Below are positions 39,180-53,279 of a stretch of 64,000 nucleotides of DNA, in pieces. The notes beneath the pieces were generated by a model, which was not told the DNA's origin, did no database searches, and saw only the letters and a program-made list of their open reading frames with translations. Positions within the stretch are counted from its first letter, which is position 1, and every line of letters starts with the position of its first letter. The position numbers and the translations under genes are program-made. Origin of the DNA: Basidiobolus meristosporus CBS 931.73 (lineage: Eukaryota > Fungi > Basidiobolomycota); NCBI GenBank assembly GCA_002104905.1, contig MCFE01000252.1, positions 49,697 through 113,696 of the forward strand, in the 5' to 3' direction.

Positions 39180-40640
39180 CAGAGGCTTGTAGAATTGCGA
39201 ATGGTACCAACAGGTAGGCATCAAGGCTATGTAGAACGTCTAGGTTAGTGGCTGGCGGAGGTACTGCACTAGCAAGAAGAGGGTTTACCAAATACCGGAT
39301 CTGAGTGGTTCATATCGGGATAGCACAGATATTTGTATTCGACATGCTGGTTTATATCGTGGAAAATCTCCTGGAGGACTGTATGGAACTTGTTTGCCGA
39401 TTGAACAGGAACTGTGTAGTCATGCTGACCATGAACGACAAGAGTGGGTGGCAGTTGTCTAACAAACTCTCCTTTCTTTTTCAGGTCCCAGGATAACACC
39501 GATTTCAATGCGCAAGTTGGGGAGTTGAGATCAAAATTGGCCGGAGTCGACCCCATCACACGCGACATCCCAGAGATCTCTTCTACACCACGATATGTCT
39601 CCCAAAGGTAATGCTCACCGATGTCATACACGCCTGCCAATCTACAAACATCAATAAATGGTAAGCGTTATAGGACTTGCCTCCGATCAAGACGAATCAC
39701 TTACAAAATTAAATGCTGCACAGGAGGCAAAGCAGTGGTGTCTGCCGTCGATGTCTGCATTTCAACCTTACGCCGGATGTCATCCAGTACCATTTGGGCT
39801 GCCAAGTGTGCGCCAGCACTGTGGCCCTGTTATGGATACAAGTTAGCGCACTTCCCTTTGATAGGATCATATAAGCCATTACCATGATGGAAATGCAAGA
39901 TGGGTCCCCACCGTAGTGTTTCGCATTATCACGAGTCCAGAGTAAGGCTTGGGTAACATCTTCATAGATTTGGGCGATTTTGACTTCGGGATACTTTCGA
40001 TAGTCCGGAACCACCACCATGTACCCTTCTTTCCTGAGCGTGTCGGCCAACAAGGTATACATAAGCTTATTGCCTGAAGACCAAGAGCCACCATATATAA
40101 AGAAAATCACCGGGGCTAAAGTTGATATGCGAGTGGGAAGGTACACATCAAGTTTGGGCTTATCGGTTTCAGCTGAAGGGTAGAATGGGATATTCGACCT
40201 AGAGAGCGGTTGAATGTGTTTAGTTCATATTTCAACCCAATTTGTCGGTACTCAGCATATTGTCTCGTCTTACTTCTTGATGGAATCTATTTGCTTTCTG
40301 ACTTTCCAATATCTCCAGTAGAGATAATAGGCTACTGTCGGCAGCATCTCCATTTGTCCCAGGAGTTGTTGTCCAAGTACATAGTTAATCTTCAGGACTC
40401 GTTTGAAATTGAAGGGTAGTAATAGCTTCACACGATCCGTTTGCCCTAAGAACAAATAGATGCACCAAGCGGTTGCATATAGTAATGCTGGGGTAGGGAT
40501 TATGGAGATTAGCGTAACGGTTGAGCACTTTACCAGTAATAGTGAGTATCGTGCTTACCGAGAGGTGGGACCAAGAGAGGAAAAACCAGCAGAATCACGG
40601 GAAGAAGTAGAAGCACTGATACTGTTGCAATGGCCTTCAT
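39180..40640 (-). CDS. Alpha/beta hydrolase, isoprenylcysteine methylesterase/BD-FAE-like, with an N-terminal hydrophobic anchor
   Basis: IYGGSW oxyanion motif; PDYRKYP; GHSAGAH nucleophile; VHGQHDYTVP; MNHSD; 3' end approximate. Confidence 0.85.
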
Positions 40641-41635
40641 TGATGCCAATTCTTCTCTCTAAATCAATTTATTAGATTTCATCGGGAACTTCAGACCGAC
40701 GGCCAGTAAAACAGCGCTTTCTACTGAATAATCATTGGAAAACACATATATCTCGTGACGGGCGTAGCTTGAAATGGATATGCAGAGCCACCGAACTTGG
40801 CATCTGTAACTCTCGCATCAATGAAGGTGGTACGTAGGAATAAGTGTGATTTGTTTAGATTTGCAAGTGGGATATAATCCTTGTAACCACTATTTCGTCA
40901 TATACATGAACGTTGGCGGTGTTATCAAGAACAACTGGCATTGTAGTGACTCGTACCGATCACTGTCATGCAATCCTGAAAACCCTTGCATTAATGGGTG
41001 TGCTGTTATTCCTTTCTATCGTACATGTATCCAGGCAGGTGTTATGCACATGAAATTATTTGTAATGTCTGGCATTTTAGAGGGGTTTTGCTCACGTTAT
41101 TTCCTTTCAGATATCTTGGCTGAGGAAACTTTGACCCAACGGCAATACTATATGGCTTCATCCGTGATACCTTGTCCAGTCTGCCGCCAGGCCCATTTCT
41201 ATCCATCACATCAGTAAGCGTTCTGTCGGAAGTTGAATACCAAGATTTATTATAGCTATGAACAGTTGAATTCGTACGATAGGATTGGGTGGAACTGAAG
41301 ATCAAATCTTGCCTCTGTTCTTCACTCTCTTATGCATGAAATCCCTTTCCAAATCTTTCCGCTCTGGAGTGGTTACTACATACACCCCTTACTCGCCCAG
41401 AAATACCTATGGTTGTCAATTATGCGCGGTACGCTCCGAATTGACTGGACTGCTATTTTAAGTGGCAGTTAGGAGGTCACTACATCATATACCGAGTGTT
41501 TCATTCCGGTTTTGTGATGCGAGGATCCGAACAATGAAGTGTGGTTTGGATAGCAAGTTCTGAATAAAAGAGCAAGATCTCCGGTTTATATTACTGTACT
41601 CCGGCCCTTACCTCGCACAAGATACTCTCTTTGAC

Positions 41636-43059
41636 ATGTCTAAACGGATTTTATTCCTTGGAGAAATAGAGTTTGCCCAAGATTACGTTGACGAACTACG
41701 AAACAGCTATGAATACGAACTCTTGGTATACTCTCTTTCCTTACCCTTCACTACTCTCGCGAATATTGACGACTGATTCTATAGATAATCCTCCCACGCA
41801 GCCGCCAAGACTTCCTACGGAAACTCGAAGCAGGGGAGTTTGGAGAGTGTGATGCGGTTGTACTATCGTGGGCCTTTAAATTGGTACATCTGGTATATAC
41901 GGGTTATCATGTTCAGGTTAACTAAGAAATCAAAACCAGGCGTGTGGAAGATTTGACGGTCCGGTCATAGAACTATTTGGTCCCACATTAAAAATCATAT
42001 CTAGCACGGGGTCTGGTTACGATGCGGTGGACGTAGAATATGCAACCAACAAAGGTATGTTGCGCGTTATAGGGCTTCATCTCCCACGACAGTATTCATG
42101 TGACTTTATCATTAGGCATTTGGGTATCAAATACGCCTGGTGTGGGCAATGATGCAACCGCAGATATCGCCATGTTCCTCATCCTCAGCACCACCAGATA
42201 CACCTACGAGGCTGAGCAATCTCTAAGAAATGGTTGCCTTGTGACTCGCTACACTGTATTTATTCCCCAGAACTAACCCCGCTACTTCAACAATCAAGGT
42301 TCGTGGAAAGACAGCCTGTCTTTAGGCCAAGATATCGGACGTTTGAAGCTCGGTATATTGGGCTTGGGTGGTATTGGTAGGGTAAGTCCTTAAATCCCCG
42401 TCAAGTAACAGATGCATCCCACCCTAATTCCTATGGTTTTGCCTAGGCCTTGGCACAGCGAGCACATGCTTTTGGGATGAAATTGTACTATCACAATAGA
42501 AATCCTGTTCCTGAGGAAGGTATGGTCGCTGAATTCAGGGTTGTTCCGGCTACGCATCTAACAGATGTTTCGATTACAGTAGCCAAAGCATGCAACATCA
42601 CCTACCTACCATTCGATGACCTGTTGAAGACTGTAGACATCCTCTCTGTACACGTGCCCCTGTCCAATTTGACTACAGGGATGATTGGAACAAATGAGTT
42701 TGCCAAAATGAAAGATGGTGCCATATTAATCAACACAGCCCGCGGGCCAGTAATCGACGAAGATGCAATGGTTGAAGCCCTTGATTCAGGGAAACTGAGC
42801 TCTGTTGGCCTGGACGTGTATAAGAATGAACCGGAGGTCCATCCAGGTTTATTACGCAACATGAAGGTCCGTCTCCTGCCTCACCTTGGTGCCTGCACGG
42901 AAGGCACTTTCAAAAATATCGAAGTGAGTGATCTTACATACACATCACAATACTGCAGCGCTAGACTAAATCGATCATTAGCTTCTTGCATTAGAAAACT
43001 GCCATTATACCATCATCAATGGTAAACCGAAGACACCAGTGAACAACCCTGTACACTAA
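41636..43059 (+). CDS. D-isomer-specific 2-hydroxyacid dehydrogenase (glyoxylate reductase-like)
   Basis: GSGYD, SNTPG, LGILGLGGIG, INTARGPVIDE, GLDVYKNEP and LLPHLG. Confidence 0.92.
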
Positions 43060-43332
43060 TGAGAACCAGTCTCGTATTTATCTCTACCTGCAGGAGGCCC
43101 AAGAAAATTCCCCTAATAGAATTAGCATAATATGCCAGCATTTGATGCATCAAGCGCTGTCGGAGCGTTTCAACAATGTTTGAGAATTAAAGGCTCCGTA
43201 GATTTGATATCCACCTTAGTTATGTGTTGGAAAATGGTTTCTGGGTCTTTATAACAAAAATACACAATCTAATGATAGAAACATTTATCAGAACCTACAA
43301 TCAAAATGATTCTCTGTTTCTCGTGACAACAA

Positions 43333-45461
43333 TCAAAAATCCCGCAATATCATAATCATCGCATCTAAGCGAAGCTCAGCAACTTCCAACCATTCCAGCA
43401 CCTTGTTTAGTAACTGTAGCTGTGCATGGTCAAGCGCGGTAAGCAGCCCAGGGTTTGCGATCACATCCTCCCGTTGAACCTTCCTCAATAGCTTCGACCT
43501 TGACTTTACCTCGATGCTGTGCCGTTGACGAATGTTGGCTAGCGCTTGGTAGCAGTCATTCATAATCAGCTCTTCACACTTGTGGAGCGGCACATACCAC
43601 AGGTAGAATGTGCGCGAAGGTACACGATCCACGGACTTTGGGACTTCCTGTAGCTCTACCAGTCCAGCCATGGCCAACTGATGAAGTTTTTCCCTCACCT
43701 CCTTACCGGCAACCAATGCGATCTTGGTAATCTAATTGATATGCGAGGTTTAGCCAGTAAACTCGCATGAATCCTGGCCAGGTGCAGACTTACCTGCTTC
43801 TCGTCCAGCTTCTGGTTCTCTACCAAGATACGGAATAATCGATGGCTAATGCTTCCGTACCTTTCCTTGACTACGGACTCGACCAGCCTTCTTTTGAGTG
43901 CAGTTGTTCCATTAGATAGATTGACTTTGTATTGACCAGCACCACGCTCGTCAACTTTCGACAAAAACTTGGCCCGGTCGGTGCAAAGCAGATCTAGAAA
44001 TTCCGTAATGATTTGCTGCTGCGACGGTTTCAGCCTAGTGCCATCAGCGCTTACAACAATTTCAGAGCGCAGCTTGGCATCGCTAGGTAGATGGTGTGCA
44101 ACTAAGGTGGCCGAAAGAGGCACTAACAGAATGGTCGTCTAAGCTGAGAAGGTTGCGATATCTCCAAGTCAGTCAGTGGGCCTTACCGGACTGCTCTTCG
44201 TGGCATGTGCGTATCTTATCTTGGGCAATCGTGAATGCAGCCTTCATCACTGCCTCAGCACCTTTGTTCACCCGCTCCCCTACAGCACGTATAATTTGCT
44301 ACCAATGACAGAGATGCGTAACTAAGTCCATTCTACCTGACAACAGATAGGTCATGTTCAACTAACCGTGTTTCGGAATCTGATGTTGAATTGATCGTAG
44401 TTGATCTTCCAAAATACACTCTCCTATTTTACACGTATGCAATCAACACGATTTCGCTCTAATGAGATAGGTAATCATGAATTGCCTACATCCACTTCAT
44501 CCACCGCCTCAGAAGCCATATGGCTCATCTACGTATTGACGATTAGACACATTCAGGTGAAAGCACAGGATGGGGTGGAGTATTTACTCTTCTGAAGGGC
44601 CCGGAGTCGGAGGGGAATCTACGTTTCTAAACGCTCATCAGAATGCATGCACACAACAGCTCATGCCATCGAATTGTATGATTCGTACCATGCCTAGGAT
44701 TGTATTTGTGTGGAGTTTGGCCGGGTTCTCGTCATTTTTGGCCTTTCTCGTGTCAACTGTCTCCGCAGTTGCAGAGGAGGCTTCGAGTCGTTCTCGATCC
44801 CTAGGAGCGATATTATCTTTGGCTTCGGCCACTTTGATAAACCGGCTTTTCGCAAGTTGGATAAATGTATTGGTGATACGTGTATTCTCTACAAATGAGT
44901 GATGGATTAGAAACGATGCTGTGCGAGCCCAGAAGCTGCCACACCTTCTTTATCTTTGATATCAAGCAATTTTCCCAAGTCCGGTAATCTTACTAGACCC
45001 TGGGTAAGCAGGCAGAGAACGATGGCGTAACCCTGTAATAGCATGAATCGTGCGTGAGCCCAAGTCATGCCAGCCCATACATATACCTTACCTCTGCCCC
45101 GAACTGCTCTTTCGCTGAAAGTAATATACTACCAATCCGTAAGCGAGACAGAATTTCGCGAATATTGGCTTCGTAGTAAGTAACAGTTGCCTTGTTCTCG
45201 ACATTTTCAGCGTAGTGTATCAGATGATGTTGCAACAGAATGATCAGACTCCTCCGAATCATGTTGCGTTCGAGTTTAGTGTACTGGTATATGCTATCCA
45301 TAGTCAAACGGCCCCTTTTTACCAGGATACTAGCCACCCGCTTTTCCCTGTTAGTAAGATATTGGAAGGTTTTGTTGGGGAATCCTATAGTTTACCTCCA
45401 CCACATTTCCGAACTCTTCTTCCAAAATACTCCTACAGAGTCTACCCTCGAATACTGACAT
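43333..45461 (-). CDS. RPC82: RNA polymerase III subunit C3 (RPC82/POLR3C)
   Basis: N-terminal winged helix (LCRSILEEEFG; LVKRGRLT); RLFRILVENQKLDEKQ; LVELQEVPK...RTFYLW. Confidence 0.88.
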
Positions 45462-46032
45462 TCGTCTGGAACACAAAGAACTAATCGTCCAGATACACGA
45501 GACACGAAGAACTTGTACGCTCTCGTGATCAAACACGAAAATTCGGGTTCTAAAAATAATCGAGATGTGACAGCTCAATGAAATGTTGCCGAGGATCCAG
45601 AAAATAGTGCCATTTAACTCGACGACGCTGGTATTTATGACGGTCCCATGAAATTCTGGTATTTTTGGTCATCAAACTCAGCTTGGTGGCTTTGCTGAAA
45701 GAAATGACTGTATTTCTGACGCACTCGCTGATATTTCATGGGCCACATTGGTCATTATCGACAAATACAAGATGAAGTAATCTGCAAGCGGGTGTAGGGG
45801 TAACACATCGTAGCAAGATGAGACCTCCAGCGACTAATATTGTAATCATCACCAATATCAATCTGCTGCAATGGGTATGAAAATCTAAACTCGTATGATA
45901 ACTCTCACACCCCCTTGTTTGAAAATAAGGGGAACAGACGTAATCGCACGTGTTGGTAAATGTATAAAAGAGAGGGAAGCAGCTATACTGAACTTTGTCT
46001 TGCATCCTCAGTTGCCTCTTCCCTCCGCTACA

Positions 46033-46395
46033 ATGTACTTCCGCACTGCCTCCGTTGCTGCTATTGCCTTCACCATTCTGGCTGTTGTATCTCCAGCTCA
46101 ATCCGCTTCCCCCCCGGGTAAGGATTTGGTTGGAAAGCTCATGAGTCGTGGAAACATAGCTAAGGACAGTCTTAAGGCGCTCCTGGCCAAAGTACGAGGA
46201 GGAAAAATGTCCCCTAATATCGGAAAAGCCAAGGGACTAGAGGCAATCAAAGGATTCCAAGAACAAGCCAAGAAACTTATCAAACTGAACCCCAAATCGG
46301 CTACCAAGCAGCTCACCAAGCTCAAGGGACTCGACAAGAAGTTCACCAAGAAATTCACCGAATTGATCCACAAGATCGCCAAGAAGAAGCACTAA
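46033..46395 (+). CDS. Small secreted Lys-rich cationic protein (120 aa, intronless)
   Basis: Clear signal peptide MYFRTASVAAIAFTILAVVSPAQSA; ~95-aa mature part with 24 K, 2 R and 6 D/E and no Cys. Confidence 0.8.
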   Translation: MYFRTASVAAIAFTILAVVSPAQSASPPGKDLVGKLMSRGNIAKDSLKALLAKVRGGKMSPNIGKAKGLEAIKGFQEQAKKLIKLNPKSATKQLTKLKGLDKKFTKKFTELIHKIAKKKH

Positions 46396-46399
46396 TCAG

Positions 46400-48341
46400 G
46401 ATGTATCTTCCTTGGATTCGAGAAGTACTAGTCAATGCGGTGATGAAGAGTTTGATAATAAACTGGCTTTATGACAAAAACTTTGCTCATTTTTGTTTAT
46501 TCTTACGGGAGTTCAAGTGTATCTACCCAAAATTTGATCCAGAAGACTTTGGACATATGAGTTATCGTTCAGATCGGCTCTGTTTCCCGGTTCTAGTATC
46601 AACTCGAAGTCGGGGCCGTACTTTGTGAAATACGGGTTTTCTGGAATTTCGTTGTGAATAGATTTAGACATTCCTAACGCAACAGCAGTGATGAAGGTGT
46701 CACATCTGGCAACATTTGGGCTGTTGTAACCCCCTGCATGTTACTGTTTAACAAAAGCACTGTTTATATCAGATACGATCTCAGTCTTACCGCCGCCCAA
46801 GATTAAAGTTGGCTTGTTGTAACTTAGCAACCTTTCAACACATGCCCCAATACTATCAATGGTTAGGTTCCATTCACCAGTTGGGTCACCTACAAGTCCT
46901 GTTCCACAATGATGAGTTCAATAGAGTGTAAACTGAAGAACAGGTGGTCATACCGTCACTCCCGCACTGCACCACGATTGCATCGGGCTGATAAGTGGAA
47001 AGTACTTTTTCGATGACTACATCGAACACTTGAATCAACGTTTTGCCACTCAGCCCTTCTTTCAATGGAACATTCAGAGTATGATGTAGGCCCTTTCCAT
47101 TTCCTACGTTGTCAATTGCGCCAGTTCCTGTGGATAGGTAAGCATTTGACTACTGAGCCTCGATGATCACTCTCCTTGAACGATTGCTTACCTGGAAAGA
47201 AACCTCGATCGTATCGGTGAAGTGACAATGTCATGATCTTGTCGGTAAAATAGAATGCATTCTCAACACCTAAAATAGACATTAGCAAATATGGCAGATT
47301 CATCTGCTGCACAATCCGTACCGTCACCATGGTGTAAGTCTAGATCAACGTAAAGCACTTTGTCGAACTTCTTGCGTAGCTCTAGGATTCCCAACACTAT
47401 ATCATTTACATAACAATATCCAGATGCTTCATCTCTACAAGAAGAACATGTGCACTAGTAAGCCCAGATGGAAATATTCCGGATTGAAATATAGAAGAGC
47501 GTATACTTTTTGGCATGATGTCTGAATGCAAAATGGGAAATGGTGAATACATACAAGCAAATCCAGATATAAATCCATTTCTTGAGTACCTTCCACCATC
47601 CCAGTGAATCGCTATATCACATTCACCATTAGCCAAGGACTTTCCCGCTTCTATAGAGCCTCCTGCAACATACTGGACGTATTCTGCCATGTCACTGAAA
47701 AGGGCGCAATCCTAAACAGAAAGATTAAGGGCGGTCAATACTCTTGCTCGAAAACTCCACCCGTCACGACTCTTACATCTTCTAAGGAATACTCCACCAA
47801 CTTCTCCTCTATTTCTTTAGCAGTCTCGCTATCCTCTTCCTCGAGGTAATTTTCATTCACGCTAAGTAGAAAATCTTGTGTTCCAAAGCGCCATGGTCAA
47901 TAAACAAAACCATCAAGTGCGAACTAAAAAGCATTCTACCAATATAATCGGGTGAATGGAATTTCTTCAAGTCGGCTACGGTGGCTGGTTTAGGCGCTAT
48001 GATTCTTCCAATCATCTTAGTAAAAATACTTATGGTAGCTAGATAGGAGCTGAATCTACTTCATATGAGGCATCAGTTTGTAAGCAGCAACCAAAGAATG
48101 CACCATCCCGGCCTTTAAACAAACAGTCAATGTCTGCAATAGGTAAGTTCATCAACCAAGAACATACGCGATTTAGATTGGAAGGGAGTTGATTAGCCAG
48201 CTTTACATAGCTGGGTGAGAATACGTAACCAACTTTTCTTGGTGTCTCCGTTTCTGGAGCGTCGGATATATGCTCAACTTTAATCTTCTTGAGATTACGA
48301 GCTTTGTCTTCCAGGACATGGGTTTTTTCCGGTTCAGCCAT
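46400..48341 (-). CDS. HOS1: Class I histone deacetylase, Hos1/HDAC8-like
   Basis: HWDGGR|[22 protein letters not shown]|GVENAF, SLHRY..GFFP, QCGSD and GGGYN; 3' end approximate. Confidence 0.88.
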
Positions 48342-48838
48342 GTTTTCTCAGTAATGAAGTGCTCAAGACCCACTTCTGAATGCCCAATACGAATTCCACT
48401 ATCAAAACAATACTGATGGTAATCGGTCGATGAACAGCCTTAGCTACAAAAAATAAACAAACATTAGGAATAAACACTTGAGTTGAATAGATTCTAGCAT
48501 CATCCGATCCATGAAGCCACAATACTACAAATGGCAGGATTCCGGTCCTTATGGATCAGCAAGCGATAGCCGATGGCAAGCACATGGGCGCTGCTCACTG
48601 ACCTTATGATCCAACGATTAAGTTGCAAAATATACGTATTAGACCAGCACTCAAGCAGGGACGAAACAGATTTATATATAAATAATACATTTGCTGTACA
48701 ATATTGGCAAGAGGCATGCCCTCGTTATGACCAAATATTAGTCTTCTATCAATTATACGGAAACAGAGAATCAAATAAAATGCCTCCATCTATATCGCTA
48801 GCGGAAGGTGACTAGTTCTAAGGCAGCATTAGGGTGGA

Positions 48839-50024
48839 TTAATCAAGGTAGAGCTTGTGCTGGGTAATGTAATCTATCACTTCATTTGGTAGAAGGTACT
48901 TGATGGACATCCCCCGCTTAATAAACAGTCTTAAAACAAAGGTAAGTATCGCTGTCCGTTCGGTACATTGCAAATAACGGAGATGTACCTGATTTTCGTG
49001 GAGCTGATGTCGTTGTGAATCAATTGTTTGACTACGCGCACGTTTTTCTAATGGAGCATCTAGATGAGTATTCAGGAGGATTCACTCGAGGTTTGTGAAG
49101 GCCAACTAACCCGGTATTGGTTCAGAACATCGTGAGATAGCAAGAAGTTGTACACATCAGTTCCAGTACGCTCCACAACCACACATCCATAAACGCCGAG
49201 GATATGATGCAACTAGAAGGTATCGAGGATGGTAAGTGGATGATCGGGTCAACTGAGAATGAAGAATCACCTACGTCTTTGACGACCCAACAATCAGGAA
49301 CACCAAACGACTCGATCAGATCGCCTCCAGCCAAAAGCATGATCCTGATGGTCTTCACTTGTCCTACACATCGGAAATGTTACTCATACGCCGTTGGAAT
49401 ATCCCAATTTGGGTCTGGCTTACCATTAGATAACAAAACACCTCCACCTTCAGAGCCATTAAGGCACTGATTAAAATGATCCAGTACAACAGCTGTTCTC
49501 TGGTAGGTGGGGTTCGTGGCCTCCCAAGAGTCTACCATGATCCAATCGGAAGTCTTCTCAACCGCTTCTTCGCACATGTGAACACGGTGAACCGCCGATG
49601 CAAGTCCTTTTTTGCCATATTTGTCGTTCACCGGCGAAAAATAGCCGCCCAAGAGCTCGTATTTGCCCTCCTCCTCAATCTGATCCTTAGCCATTTCTAC
49701 AGGAATCACGATAGGTAAGATATAAGCCTGATGAGTTGACCAGAAAGCCTTAACCTACCGAACATTCTTAGATGGAGATACGTGATGGGAGAAAAGGAAC
49801 CGCAGGCAACGAGAACCAGGGGGATTTTCGATTCGTCTACAGGGAACATGCAGAATTAGACAACTCGAAGACTTTCATGTTCCAGGGCATTAACCAAATT
49901 TGACATTCGGGGGACAATATGCTGCCGTTTGTAAATACGGTTTCGAATAGGTACCTCTGAGAGTAGGACGAAGCTTGTGTCTTGGGAACACGTATCGGTG
50001 GTGAAATGATTTGGGAACGGTCAT
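48839..50024 (-). CDS. NMA1: Nicotinamide mononucleotide adenylyltransferase
   Basis: ACGSFSPITYLHLRMF, YFSPVND.Y.K.GL, DSWEA, LLAGGDLIESF and NDISSTKIR. Confidence 0.95.
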
Positions 50025-50439
50025 TCTAAAGAAGGGTCACCTTTCGTGTCCAGTGAAGTTGGGTATGAACAAAGAAGAAAAATAAAAGGAATGGCAACGT
50101 GGTGAAAGAACTAGCAAACGCGTTAAACGACAGCACCGCGCTAATCCAGAGATCGAATAAACTAATTGAACGAGAAGTTTATTTTCATATTCCGGCAACT
50201 ACCATCACCTTTTAACCATTTCGGCGGGTCAACAATCGCTAATCGTCCACTGATACGACGATGTTTCAATCCTATTTTGTATGGCCTTAAGCCTCATTTT
50301 TTCGATATCAGGAATACATTTTAAATCCACCTTGGATTTAGCTTGTCAGCCCTACACTTCGGCTAAATCTCTAGATGTCAGGAAGCGTCTGGTTACATTG
50401 CAAACCAGGCACAAATGTTGAATAGCAGATGCATGGCTT

Positions 50440-51702
50440 GCATCCGTTAGGTGAGTGAGCTGTTTAAAACACTTCTGCAGTCGAAACTATGTACTGGCGT
50501 GAATCAGCCATACATGGCCCCTATGACATCGCGCAAGAACCGAAATGATATCACATCGAGGTTGATGGTCCATGATTTGGACGCAGATGCTCCCGACCTT
50601 GCTGGTCTAATCAATCATATGCAAGAACAGCAAGTGGTTTTCCACGATTCAGCAAATGGCTCCTATTAAGGCAATCGTCGGAGCTTATAGTAAATCATAG
50701 CGATTCCTCAGGAATTCGATGTTATATATTAGGCAAATAAAAAAAACCCTCTGGATCCAGACCCAGAATACCAATACGATCCGGCATCTAGACATTTCAA
50801 TGGGGCCGCCAACAAGATAGATGAGGTGAGCGTTGGGCTTGGCACATATATGTAGCATTCGACCGTCAGGGCGGATTCTTCCGTCTACATATGGATGGCC
50901 TCAGGGAGGCCTATGAGGCAGGTCAGCACTAAAACGCTTGAGCCGCCCTGCTGGAAGACATTCCTGGAATCTGCATTCCATTTTACCAGGTTTGTAAACA
51001 ACCCCCTCCAAATGGAATATTCGAGTCGCCAGCTTGCAGCCTGTCCTCTCCTCGAGGTGGTGCTCGGGATTCACGATGCTTGGGAAGCTCGGCCATGGTG
51101 TCGAGTCACGTGCGTATCCAATGAATGTGCTGCTTGATCACGAATATGGTTTGTCAAGAGTCACTTCCGGTGATCAGCCAGAGTGCCCTCAGGTAGATAC
51201 ATTGCTTGCGGAAACCGGTAGGAAGATCTGTGGCCGTGGCAACAGGTTTTGACCTGATATCGTTTCAGATGAACGGCCCGGCAGTTGCGGCTATCCGGTC
51301 ACATCGTTCTCTGTAAGATCCAGAAGGGATGGCAAGAACATCAGATACCTTATGTGCTTCTGCTGCCCCACTTGTTGTCTAAAAATCGGATCCCATGGTC
51401 AACGCATGGGAATTTGCTGAATACACCAATGGAGACCTACGAGGACGTTGCTGGCCAAGGAATACGACATCAACAGCCATCCCGAAGCCAAATCGCATAT
51501 CGGCAACGACCATGGCACAATCAGAATCCTTGGGAAGCCCATTTGCCCCATCAACAGTCAGTCGAAACACCAGCCAAGCAGATGGATGGATCTACGTGAC
51601 CGGGAGTGGTCCGTATCGAATGATGTGCCGGCCGTGATTTCATGGTTTGCCTATCATGCCGTGGTTCCCCTCACATCTAATTTCATGATTGATTCGTACT
51701 GA
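50440..51702 (+). CDS. Multi-exon hypothetical protein
   Basis: Small exon-like blocks flanked by GT/AG; final open block LLAKEYDINSHPEAK...; model not fully assembled. Confidence 0.35.
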
Positions 51703-52229
51703 GATGGCCATTGATAGTCTAGTCTGATATCACCGCTTCTCGCAAATTAAGTTTGATCTTTGCATATATATGTTGCACTTTCTTGAGGAGCCTACGTATT
51801 TATCGGGTGGAACGATATGGAACCAATCAGCAGCACGCTGTCATATGAGTGTGAATGTGATTGTCACAATGAATCGACCACTGGATTGCGACAAACAAAG
51901 AATAGTGTGCTTCTGGCATTTTCATATGATATTTCGGATGAATTCACCTATCATTTTACATTGGGATGCTTTTAATATTTCAATATGGCATCCAAATGGA
52001 CTGGCCAGCTCTAAATTTTCTTGCTACTCCTGGTATTAAGTCATTTACAATAAGATTGCTTTAAAAGTATAACCTGCTCATTACCAGCCCCTTTTCTCAC
52101 GCATTCTGAAGACGTATCATTGCTTCTTGTGCACCTTCCTCTTCCCCTTCTCCTTTCCCTTCCCTTTTCCCTTCTGCACCATATCCGTTCTTCAATCGCC
52201 ACCAGTTCCCTACTTGATAAAGGCGAATC

Positions 52230-53279
52230 ATGACGACAAGCGTCCCCCCTTCCCTCCCTGCTAATATCCTACAGGAGAATCTAGATATCCCGTCAAGTTC
52301 AGGGACTTCACAGAAGCCGAAGCTAACCAGACAGGAGGCTCTGGAATTGGTGGAGGAGATACTGACCGAAAGCAACTTGTATCGTATCTTGGGCGTATCC
52401 TCTTCAGCAAATACAGAAGAAATCCGTAGAGCTTACATATCTCGAAGTAGAGTGTGTCATCCAGACAAGCTACCAGGAAACTCCAAAGCAACTGAAGCGT
52501 TTCAAAGTAAGCCCTCTTGTTGTCAATTGCGACTTCTAAACATCACCTGCTTGTTATCGCTTCAGGCATTAACTCTATTTTTGTAGAGATCTCCACTGCG
52601 TATGAGACGTTATCCAACACAAATAGCCGTAAAACATATGACAATTATGGAACCAAGATCAATAGCCTGGACAGCGAGGAGACATTGTCTAGTGCATTGC
52701 TACATATATTTAACGAGTTCATGGAAGGTGATTTTGAGCATTTACTCTCTATAGTTGGTAAGTATTCGTTCACAATTGTCTTTCAACCGTTCGCTAACTA
52801 GCTCGAGTGCAGAGTTCATAAACTTTCAAAACCCCGATCTTAATATCGATAAAGAGAAGGCAAATCAATTATTTGTACAGGTCCGGGAGGTGTTTTTAGG
52901 TGGGGATTCATTAAAAATAGCTGCCTAGAGTCCGGTTCTCAACCTAATGCTTTATTTTATTGACCCCATAGTTGCCGGAAAGTATTTGAGTGAGGTGAAA
53001 TTTGAAGTCATGAAGCTCTACGAAATCCAAGGGGAGCTTCGTTCACTATCGTATTTCGATGTGTTTGGCCGACTCCGCTTGAGCATTCAACTTAGCAGAG
53101 TTTTCTTTAGTATTCCTGTGAAGATGAACAATGCTGTGGCAGAGCGCCAAATTGTAAACAGTCAGCTATGCCGATTGCTCAGTGAACTTACTGGACTGTT
53201 GGAGTTTTCTGAGCGCACTGTCGGACGAGTTGATGCGTGGGTGGCCAATCGATGGAGGACGCTCCCTCTTAACAGTTGA
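52230..53279 (+). CDS. J-domain (DnaJ) protein
   Basis: NLYRILGV...EIRRAY...CHPDK...AFQ|KISTAYETL; three introns. Confidence 0.9.

Noticed and set aside
7867-46395. Chitinase, glucanase and cationic protein as a biosynthetic or antagonism cluster
   Set aside because: They are tens of kb apart, with no backbone synthase, transporter or shared motif seen.
14513-50024. Apparent NAD/mitochondrial theme (NDE1, MLRQ-like, PDX1, 2-hydroxyacid dehydrogenase, NMNAT)
   Set aside because: The genes are scattered among unrelated housekeeping genes over 35 kb; no evidence of a cluster.
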